The notes beneath the pieces were generated by a model. It was not told the origin of the DNA. It saw only the letters and a list, made by a program, of their open reading frames with translations, and made no database searches. Source: a virus. Taken from it: 64,000 nucleotides of DNA. Location: the IMG/VR virus record IMGVR_UViG_3300017991_000012, positions 16,108 to 80,107 of that record. One strand, 5' to 3'. Positions 56,829 through 64,000 of this stretch are shown in pieces. Position numbers and translations under genes: made by a program. Positions within the stretch are counted from its first letter, which is position 1. Each line of letters starts with the position of its first letter.

Positions 56829-58148
56829 TTAGTAATCGACCGCGATTCCCAGCCGGCCATAGGTCTGGCCATCCGCGTACACCTGGCGGAATGCCGTGCG
56901 CTGCGTTGCCACCAGCTTGATCTGATCGGTCTCGATGTCCTCATCGGACTTGATCGTCACATTGCGCCGGTTGCCGCGCAGCCACGTGCGGCGGTTGATC
57001 AAGGCAATGCTGGTCTTGGTCGACGCCGGGCTGGACGTGTCGTACACGCCTGCGGTATCCTGGTTGCTGGCCATCTTGCCCGTAACCACAACCTTTCCAC
57101 CGAAGAGCATGCCGACCTCGCCCTTCTCGATCGTCGCCCCAGCACCGTACTTGTCGACCGTCAGGAACTCGGTCAGGGTGCGGATCTTGTGCAGGCCCTT
57201 GGCATTGCACAGCCAGATCAGATCCTCTGGCATCGAGCCGTAGGCGCCGCACTCGGCGATCATCCGGCTGAGGTTCGCAGCACTGAACGTCGCAAGCGAC
57301 GTTGTCAGGCTGTTCGCCAGCAGCTCCTTGCGGATGCCGTCATACGCATACCGCGCATCGGACACACCGCCTGAACTCGGCCAGGTCTCACCAGGATCGA
57401 CGTCCGCACCGCTATGCGGCGAGGTCGTGTCTCCGTTGACCATCGCGTTCTCGTCGGCCTCTGCCAGCGCACGAGCGATCTCGGACCTTGCTCTTGCGAG
57501 CACGTCGATCACCGTGTCCTCTGTCAGCTCGGTCGACATGATGATCCTCGCGCCAAGCTTCCTGGCCGTCAGCGTTGCCTTGCCGTCGGTCAGGACCGTG
57601 GCAGTAGGCTTCGTGCCACTGTCATCGGTCGACTCGTCGACCAAATAACCGGTCGCGCTTCCAGCCAGCACTGGAGGATCGTAGACCTTCGTCGGCATGT
57701 TCATCTCTTCGAAGAGAGCGCCGACAAGCAGGTTGTACCTGATCATGTCGATCAGGGTGCCGCTCATCTCCGTCGGAACCCAGTTCGACGTGTCGGTCGT
57801 GTCCATCGCGGCCTTGCGCACTTTGTCCCACGACTTCCGTGCAACGAACCGGCGCAACATCTCCGGCCCCTTGATGACGCGCAACAGATATGCCGCGTCA
57901 TTGAAGTCATGGCACTTGCGGATGAAGTGCAGGCGGTTTTCACTCTCGCCGCCGTAACCTTCAACCGGGTCCTTCAGGCTCTTAACGATCTGGACCCTTG
58001 CCAGATCATCGCCGACAACGACCGTGCCATCGTTCATCCCGCCACGCTTCCCCGCCTCTTCTTCGCGCACTTCCTTGCGGATCTTTTCACGCTCAACCTT
58101 CTTGCGGGCTGAGCCAAGCGCTGCCTGCAGCTCTTCAACCTTACCCAT
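56829..58148 (-). CDS. major capsid protein (HK97 fold)
   Basis: WVPTEMS..LI, LTARKLGA...S.EL.ED, E.....NGD, LFG..V; position. Confidence 0.9.
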   Translation of the reverse strand: MGKVEELQAALGSARKKVEREKIRKEVREEEAGKRGGMNDGTVVVGDDLARVQIVKSLKDPVEGYGGESENRLHFIRKCHDFNDAAYLLRVIKGPEMLRRFVARKSWDKVRKAAMDTTDTSNWVPTEMSGTLIDMIRYNLLVGALFEEMNMPTKVYDPPVLAGSATGYLVDESTDDSGTKPTATVLTDGKATLTARKLGARIIMSTELTEDTVIDVLARARSEIARALAEADENAMVNGDTTSPHSGADVDPGETWPSSGGVSDARYAYDGIRKELLANSLTTSLATFSAANLSRMIAECGAYGSMPEDLIWLCNAKGLHKIRTLTEFLTVDKYGAGATIEKGEVGMLFGGKVVVTGKMASNQDTAGVYDTSSPASTKTSIALINRRTWLRGNRRNVTIKSDEDIETDQIKLVATQRTAFRQVYADGQTYGRLGIAVDY

Positions 58149-58372
58149 CGCTATCTCCTTACGGTAAAAAACCAGAACGGGCTACAGCCCACAATGTCAA
58201 AAAATAGGCCGGAAACGAAATGCCGCGCAGAGGTGCAGCCCTGCACGGCTTCACGCTTCCGGCCTTACCTACGGCAGGCGGCCAACCCGCCGCTGGGATA
58301 ATGACCTAATCAGTTGCTGATCGATATTTCCTTGCAGTCAAAAACCAGAACAAGCTACTGCCCACAGAACGA

Positions 58373-58966
58373 TCAGTCTTTCGTCTCCCCGCCGCCGAAG
58401 GCTTCTGCAGCATCGTTTGCAAGCTCGATCGAATCCGTTGCCAGCTCCTCCAGCTTGCCGTTCTCTTCCTTGATGCCTTTCAGCGCCTCCTCCAGCTCCT
58501 TGATGCGAGTATCCTTTTCTGCAAGCTGGCTTTCAAGACCCTTCTTCTCTTCTTTGAGGCCGGCGTTCTCCTCCTGCAGTTTCGCCAGATTTTCGAGAAT
58601 GCCCTGCGTAGCGGAATTCTTTTCCTCCTCTGCCTTCTTCTTCGCCTCTTCCTCCGCCTTCTTCTTAGCCTCTTCTTCGGCCTTCTTCTTCGCCTCGTCG
58701 TCTGGCTCTTCCTTTTCGACCTTGATCACCTCTCCGCAACTGCACGTCACGTCCAAGCCTTTCAGCTGCTCTGCTGCTTTTCTGATCGCCTCCGCGCTGT
58801 GTGTCGCACCGCAGTTCTCGCACAGCACCGTCGCGTCATCGCCTTTGAGGATCGTGAATCGTCTTAGGTTCGCCGGCTTCTCGACCAGATCCACCCGCGG
58901 GATATCCAGCTCCAGCAGTTCCTTCGCCTCGACCTTGCCCTCGCCCGGAACCCATTTGTCAGCCAT
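58373..58966 (-). CDS. scaffolding-like protein
   Basis: VDLVEKPAN.RRF motif, Zn ribbon, (E)EEAKKKA repeats, coiled coil. Confidence 0.65.
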   Translation of the reverse strand: MADKWVPGEGKVEAKELLELDIPRVDLVEKPANLRRFTILKGDDATVLCENCGATHSAEAIRKAAEQLKGLDVTCSCGEVIKVEKEEPDDEAKKKAEEEAKKKAEEEAKKKAEEEKNSATQGILENLAKLQEENAGLKEEKKGLESQLAEKDTRIKELEEALKGIKEENGKLEELATDSIELANDAAEAFGGGETKD

Positions 58967-58977
58967 CTCTCTCTCCT

Positions 58978-59721
58978 TTAGGCCTTAGCCCATGCTTCTC
59001 CGTGCATGCTGAAGCCGTTGATTTTGCCCGCCTCAACCTGCGCCCATTCCTCATCGTCAAAGATCTTCACGCCCATAACCCAACTGCCTGCGCGGATCTT
59101 CTCGCTTCCGAAATGCATATCGACCGGCGCGATGTAGTTCTCAACCACCATTCTCTTCGCGCTCTTTCGGATCTGCTCATTCGATATGCTCTCATCATGG
59201 CCAACCCCGGCCACGCCGTTGTGCATCATGAACCGGTGGCACGCACGCTCGATCGTGTCCGCACTCGCATAGTGACCCTGCGGATCCACCACGTTCGGCT
59301 CGTAGACCACGCCCACGACTACCCTGCTCAGCTTGTTGCGCTTCAAGATCCTGATCTTCGCCAGACCCTTCTGGACGTTTTCTTTGTCCAGGCCCAAAGC
59401 ACGCCTGTGCTGTTGCAGATGGTCGATCACAGCCTGCGGCGCTTTCTTTCCCGTCCTCGATCCCTGCGCAGCCGCCCACGCAAAACCTAGCCCACCTTCG
59501 TGCAGATACATGTCGCCCTCAGTCCACCTGCCCTTGTCATCGGGTTTGCTGCCGTTCACTACCCAATGATGCGGATAGCTCCAGGTGCTCACCGACTGCG
59601 GATCAGTGCCAGTCCGCTGCCATACGTAGGCCCTCAGCGGCAACTTGTTTCTGTTCGTCTTCAGATACGGACCCCAGGTCGGCTCACCCTCGCGGACGGT
59701 GCTGTTGTGGGTCAGCGCCAT
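58978..59721 (-). CDS. XkdF-like prohead serine protease
   Basis: VVGVVYEP..VD.QG...IE.ACH.FM...H...VENYIAP...GSW...W..VE.G.INGFS. Confidence 0.85.
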   Translation of the reverse strand: MALTHNSTVREGEPTWGPYLKTNRNKLPLRAYVWQRTGTDPQSVSTWSYPHHWVVNGSKPDDKGRWTEGDMYLHEGGLGFAWAAAQGSRTGKKAPQAVIDHLQQHRRALGLDKENVQKGLAKIRILKRNKLSRVVVGVVYEPNVVDPQGHYASADTIERACHRFMMHNGVAGVGHDESISNEQIRKSAKRMVVENYIAPVDMHFGSEKIRAGSWVMGVKIFDDEEWAQVEAGKINGFSMHGEAWAKA

Positions 59722-59784
59722 GTTATGTCCTCCAAACCCTTACACTTTTTGTAGTGATTCAAAACCGGGCGTTCAACAACTTTT

Positions 59785-60696
59785 TCAGATTCCTACACTT
59801 GCCGACTCTGCAGCGAACTCGTCAGACTTCTGATCGCCCTGCATCAGTCCCGCTCTCTCCATCCTTCCTCTGATCGTCTGCTTGCTCGTCGCGTTCTCGG
59901 TCGTCGGCTCATTGAACAACGCCTGGCTCTCACTGGTGAAGATGACGTTCGCTACTTTGCCGGCCTCGAAGTCCTGCGGAACGCCAGTGACCAGCCACGG
60001 CACGTCGTTCTTCGTATATGCCTCAGGATAGCCGACCGTCCTTCCCTCCTGTCTGTGCAGCGTAAGATTGGCCGTCACCGCGCCAGGGAACGCAAACTGG
60101 CTGTCGTAATACGTCGCGTTCGCTCCCTTTGTCACCACGCTCTCGATCCCGAACTTCCTGAGCTGCTTGTCAATGACGTCCGCAAACTTGTCAGATTCAT
60201 CCTGCCCTACCTTGAACGCCAAGAGCCTCAGCGGCCCTCCTCGGCGCAGGTTATTCAGCCGCTGTTCTGTTCCTACTTTGCTTTGGTCGATGCCTTCCTT
60301 AGCCAGCACGTCTGTCACAAACCACTGATACATATCCGGCAGCCGTCCTTCGTTTTCCTGCATGCCGCTGCGCACCATCTCCAGTCGCGATTCTGGCGTC
60401 ATGTCCATCCACGCCGGGTGCATGTCCTTCAGCGTCAACACCGCCTCTATCACATCGCCTTCGGTCATCGTCGGGCCGGCTTTAACGCTATCGCCACCAA
60501 TCACGAACTCCGCCGGCCCATCGCGCCTGCCGTACAACAGCCCGCGCAGTCCTACCGGCTGAGGCAAGTGCATCGTCCCTCCTTCGTAGAAGTCCATGCT
60601 CTGCGCATAGTCCACCATCATGCGCCTGTCACCGGCATAGGTGTAGCTGAACGTGCCTGTCGGCACCGCGATCTCGAACTCAAGCCCGTTTGCCAT
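59785..60696 (-). CDS. hypothetical protein in the head module
   Basis: 303-aa ORF with GGAGG RBS. Confidence 0.65.
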   Translation of the reverse strand: MANGLEFEIAVPTGTFSYTYAGDRRMMVDYAQSMDFYEGGTMHLPQPVGLRGLLYGRRDGPAEFVIGGDSVKAGPTMTEGDVIEAVLTLKDMHPAWMDMTPESRLEMVRSGMQENEGRLPDMYQWFVTDVLAKEGIDQSKVGTEQRLNNLRRGGPLRLLAFKVGQDESDKFADVIDKQLRKFGIESVVTKGANATYYDSQFAFPGAVTANLTLHRQEGRTVGYPEAYTKNDVPWLVTGVPQDFEAGKVANVIFTSESQALFNEPTTENATSKQTIRGRMERAGLMQGDQKSDEFAAESASVGI

Positions 60697-60707
60697 CGCC
60701 CGTCCTC

Positions 60708-61745
60708 CTAGACTGCTCCGATCAATTGCAAAACATTAGGCGCTATTTCTGTCTGGAAAACGCTTCGCCCACTACTCAGTCCAACCGGTCTCTTTGCATT
60801 GAACTCAGGCACCCGATTGCCGTGCGCGAAGTGCTCGTTAGGCGGAAGCATGGCAGCGTTCACTGGTCTGTGCAATCCATCCCGCGGATACGGCCTACCC
60901 GCACGCTTGTATGCCTTTTTGATCTGCTTCGGATCCTTGACGCTGTTCGATAAACAGCGGCAATTGCACTCGGACGGAAACAACTGCTGTCCGTGTCCTG
61001 GCACATCGTAGTACTCATCCAGCAACCTGATCTGTCCATGCACGCCCATTGGTTGCGACCTGTGCCATCTGCGCGTGAACTTGTCCAACGTCGCCACCCA
61101 GCGCTTGGCGCCGATCAGCGGGTTTGCGTCATAGCCTGCCAGCAGGCCGGCGTTTTGATAGCGTGTTGTCTCGCTCCGGATGATCAGATTCGCCTTCCAT
61201 CCCTTGACCTTTGCGAACTCGCTCCTGATCGTGCTTCGGATCTTGCCCAGTGGCAGTCCATCACGCACACCCGCCTGTACCAGCGTATCGATCCTGTTGC
61301 TCGTATGCGCATCCAGCCCCTTGTATCTGTTGATCCATGCCGTTCGTCTGAAAGCCTCCTGGCCAATATCAAATCCAGCTCCGAAGACAACGCCCTTGAT
61401 CGGTGCCTCGGCATAGCCGCGTCTCATTGCAGCAGCGGCCACGCCATCCAAGACGCTGTTGAATGCCGCGATGTTCTGCTGCGCCTCGTCTGTCGCTCCG
61501 ATCGGGACCTTGCTGCCAATCCAGACGCGCTGCGGCTCTTTCTGTTTTCTTACCGGAATTCCCCTGGCCGTATACAGTTCGCGGATGATCTTCGTATACT
61601 CGCGCAGGTAGTATCGCTCTATGGCATCGAAGTATCGTATCAGGTGTGGACGCAGCAGGCTCTCGCTGTGTCTGACGATGTTGTGGTACTTGACGGTATT
61701 CCGCCTGTCAGCAGAACGCTGCAGACGTTCCGCTGTAGCAGTCAT
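60708..61745 (-). CDS. minor head protein (Mu gpF/SPP1 gp7-like)
   Basis: A.LI.RSET...N...KRW.AT.D..TR..H...HGQ...NCRC. Confidence 0.88.
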   Translation of the reverse strand: MTATAERLQRSADRRNTVKYHNIVRHSESLLRPHLIRYFDAIERYYLREYTKIIRELYTARGIPVRKQKEPQRVWIGSKVPIGATDEAQQNIAAFNSVLDGVAAAAMRRGYAEAPIKGVVFGAGFDIGQEAFRRTAWINRYKGLDAHTSNRIDTLVQAGVRDGLPLGKIRSTIRSEFAKVKGWKANLIIRSETTRYQNAGLLAGYDANPLIGAKRWVATLDKFTRRWHRSQPMGVHGQIRLLDEYYDVPGHGQQLFPSECNCRCLSNSVKDPKQIKKAYKRAGRPYPRDGLHRPVNAAMLPPNEHFAHGNRVPEFNAKRPVGLSSGRSVFQTEIAPNVLQLIGAV

Positions 61746-61749
61746 CTAG

Positions 61750-63180
61750 CTATTCCACCTCCTGCTTGACCGGCTCCTCCGTCGTCTCCTTCGTATCTTG
61801 CTCTCCGGCCACTCGCTTCTGTTCGCTGCCTGTCGAACTCTGGGCCTCTTCCATTTCCACCTCATCAGACTCGACATCGACCTCGCTCATTGGACTGGCC
61901 TCGATCGTGCTGATCGGCACCAGCTGGCTGTTGACGAAGTACATATCCATCTCCGGAATGTCTTCCTCGCGCTTCATCCCAAGCGCAATGCGCATTTGAT
62001 TCCTTGTCATCGCTCCGCGATCGACCGCGTCATTCAGCTGCTTGCCGACAAGTTGCGGGTCCTGATACTGCTTCTTGACATACTCTTCGTCGTACCAGAT
62101 TTCCCTCCCAGGATCGATTCCCATTTTCGGAAGCACGTCTACGGTCAGGAAATGACACTGCTCATCCAACAGCGATTCGCCCTGCCCGGTCCAGAAACGT
62201 TTTAGCTGCAGGCTGGCGTTGTGGTACGTCATCTCCTTACTCATGCCGATCATAATCGGAGTCACGCCCGTCACAGCCATGATTTCGTCGCGTAGGTCCT
62301 CGCTCAGCCCGCGGTATGCTACTTCTGCCACGTTCGCATCAGCCAGCTGCCCGCCTGTCTCCAGCTTCGCACCCGGCGCATCCAGGATCAACCACCTGCC
62401 AGGATAGTTCGCCATGTTCGTCAAGAAGTAGTTGAGCCTCTTGTACTGCTTGTCCCTCAGCGGATTGTCGAATTTGATCACCCCGCCCGGTCTCGGCCCG
62501 TTCTTGAACACGCCCTGGTTGTACTTGCTCGCCTGGATGTAGAGGCTCATTGTCGTCGCCAGACTCTCGATCGGACTGTGTACATCAGTATCGCTGTCCG
62601 GACTTTCGATCTTCAGCTCAGTTACCTCGTCCAGGCTGTAGCTCTTCGTCCACTCGCCGATCGTCAGCTCATAGCCAAGGATCTCACCCGTGTCGTCGTC
62701 CTTGACCTCCAACATATTGTCCGGCCTCTTCAGGGCGTGCACGCCAACGTACCTGTTCTGCTGCTCGCCAAGCAGGTATTGGAAGTAGCTCGCGCCGAAC
62801 ACGTACCTGTTGATCAACCAGCGCGTCATGTACCTCGACCAGTAGATTGGCTTGCCCTGCATCTTGCCCGGCGCACGCAGAAAGTCATTCAAGAACTCAT
62901 CGTCCTTGATCTGCTCCTTGGTCTTGCAATCGCGTACGATCATCGGGACCTTGACCAGGTTCATGGTGATCGCATGTACGCATGCGTAGTAGTAGGCGCT
63001 GACCTTGTACGCCAGCAGCGGATCGATGTCGGCAATGGATTTCTCGGCATCAGTCGCGGTATCGCCCTTGATCACGTCCTCGATCTGGTTCGTGTCTTTC
63101 TCGCCCTGGCCTGGAATGCGCTTGATTCCGACCGCGCATGAGCTTGCGGCTTTGCGTATTTTGGTCAAGATTCCCGGCAT
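61750..63180 (-). CDS. portal protein
   Basis: YACV..I, SPIESL, FKNG.RPGGVI, EI...GV.P..IG, MT.NQ.R..LG. Confidence 0.92.
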   Translation of the reverse strand: MPGILTKIRKAASSCAVGIKRIPGQGEKDTNQIEDVIKGDTATDAEKSIADIDPLLAYKVSAYYYACVHAITMNLVKVPMIVRDCKTKEQIKDDEFLNDFLRAPGKMQGKPIYWSRYMTRWLINRYVFGASYFQYLLGEQQNRYVGVHALKRPDNMLEVKDDDTGEILGYELTIGEWTKSYSLDEVTELKIESPDSDTDVHSPIESLATTMSLYIQASKYNQGVFKNGPRPGGVIKFDNPLRDKQYKRLNYFLTNMANYPGRWLILDAPGAKLETGGQLADANVAEVAYRGLSEDLRDEIMAVTGVTPIMIGMSKEMTYHNASLQLKRFWTGQGESLLDEQCHFLTVDVLPKMGIDPGREIWYDEEYVKKQYQDPQLVGKQLNDAVDRGAMTRNQMRIALGMKREEDIPEMDMYFVNSQLVPISTIEASPMSEVDVESDEVEMEEAQSSTGSEQKRVAGEQDTKETTEEPVKQEVE

Positions 63181-63207
63181 CTTCTGTCCTCCTAATGGTC
63201 TGTCCCA

Positions 63208-63236
63208 ATTCTACAAATCACCATCTGGCAGGACAA
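63208..63236 (-). promoter_or_regulatory. putative promoter TTGTCC-17-TAGAAT upstream of portal
   Basis: Intergenic -35/-10 match. Confidence 0.45.
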
Positions 63237-63240
63237 GCGC

Positions 63241-63624
63241 TTATGTGCAGAGCGTCTTCAGCACGTCGTTTGCCACGTCCTTCCCTTCCCACAGCCAAAC
63301 GTGCTTCGCTTCGTAAAAGACGTGCACAACCGACTGGCGCTCGATAATCCTTGCGCACTCTATCTGCGTGAAGCTGATCTTGACCGTGTTCCAGTACTGC
63401 AGGTTGTTGTGGTCGTAATGCTCTTCCAGCAAACACGCCTGTTCTTTGAATACCCACAGGCCGACGTTCTCTGCCTTGCCGTCTTCGTCCTCGACTATCG
63501 CCCACAGCACGACATCTGTCCCGCGACTGCCGATGGACAGCATCTGGCGCAGGCCACGGATTCTCATCACGACCTTCGGACACTTGCGCGGAAACGGAAC
63601 GGTATGGCGTTCGATTCTCAGCAT
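63241..63624 (-). CDS. hypothetical protein
   Basis: Start at MLRIER; LSIG....VVLWAIV...VVHVF. Confidence 0.55.
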   Translation of the reverse strand: MLRIERHTVPFPRKCPKVVMRIRGLRQMLSIGSRGTDVVLWAIVEDEDGKAENVGLWVFKEQACLLEEHYDHNNLQYWNTVKISFTQIECARIIERQSVVHVFYEAKHVWLWEGKDVANDVLKTLCT

Positions 63625-63992
63625 CTGCCTTCCAGCTTCTCTATGATGCTCGTGATTCTGACAGTAACCTTTTCGACAGATTGCTGCACCTGGTCTTTTG
63701 TTATCCATCGATCCCATGCCGCTGCATACAGCGGATCGACAAGCAGATGGCAGACCTCGTGCAGTGCTGTAAATCGCGGATGCCTATCATGGATGCCACG
63801 TACAGTTCTGCTATACCAGAAGCTGACGATCGCCGCCTCGCTGTCAGCATCGGTCGTGGCTATGACCGCCTTATCATCATAGTCCTGGTGATAGAATCTG
63901 AACTCCCAATCGAGCAGACCGAATTTCTTTCTGTAGTACAGCGCCCATTTCTTGAATTGCAAAAACTCCGACCTCGATGTGGTCTTCGCCAT
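63618..63992 (-). CDS. HEXXH metallopeptidase-like protein
   Basis: GL.DW...TALHEVCHLL. Confidence 0.6.
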   Translation of the reverse strand: MAKTTSRSEFLQFKKWALYYRKKFGLLDWEFRFYHQDYDDKAVIATTDADSEAAIVSFWYSRTVRGIHDRHPRFTALHEVCHLLVDPLYAAAWDRWITKDQVQQSVEKVTVRITSIIEKLEGRC

Positions 63993-64000
63993 GCTCAGCC

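Larger units (their letters stand above)
1..64000 (-). mobile_element. Tailed bacteriophage genome segment (siphovirus-like Caudoviricetes)
   Basis: Contiguous portal-protease-capsid-tail-tape measure gene order, plus replication/recombination genes. No host housekeeping genes seen. All genes on one strand. Confidence 0.95.

Noticed and set aside
58625-58700. 24-bp repeats in the scaffold gene
   Set aside because: Ordinary low-complexity EEEAKKKA coding repeats
1-64000. Integrated prophage or lysogeny module
   Set aside because: No integrase, att site, divergent repressor or host genes in the window, so lifestyle is undetermined

Overview
This window is 64 kb of a tailed dsDNA phage genome, most likely a siphovirus (tail tube and tape measure present, no sheath seen). 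Essentially every credible gene is on the minus strand. Read in the direction of transcription (right to left), it contains five parts. (1) Head module: portal, Mu gpF/SPP1 gp7-like protein, XkdF-like protease, scaffold, major capsid and adaptor. (2) A large adhesin-like protein, then a ~10 kb block of glycosyltransferases and SAM methyltransferases inside the virion operon. (3) Tail module with a probable -1 frameshift chaperone, tape measure, Asp-box and LamG tip proteins, spanin-like genes and a terminator. (4) A non-coding array of 18 degenerate units with an exact 37-bp period (22046-22711). (5) An early/middle region driven by seven near-identical CACTTGACAAA sigma70-type promoters. It holds many small genes with stereotyped ribosome-binding sites, plus RadC, DUF932, HTH regulators, a PD-(D/E)XK nuclease with a RecT-like partner, a sulfotransferase, HNH, replication initiator, DnaC-like loader, RMF-like, RuvC-like, ASCH-like and Lar-like genes. 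I recognised no terminase, endolysin, integrase, tRNA or true CRISPR array. All protein calls come from motif recognition by eye, not database searches. Where the RBS or stop/start overlap indicated an internal start, I moved the start from the ORF track.
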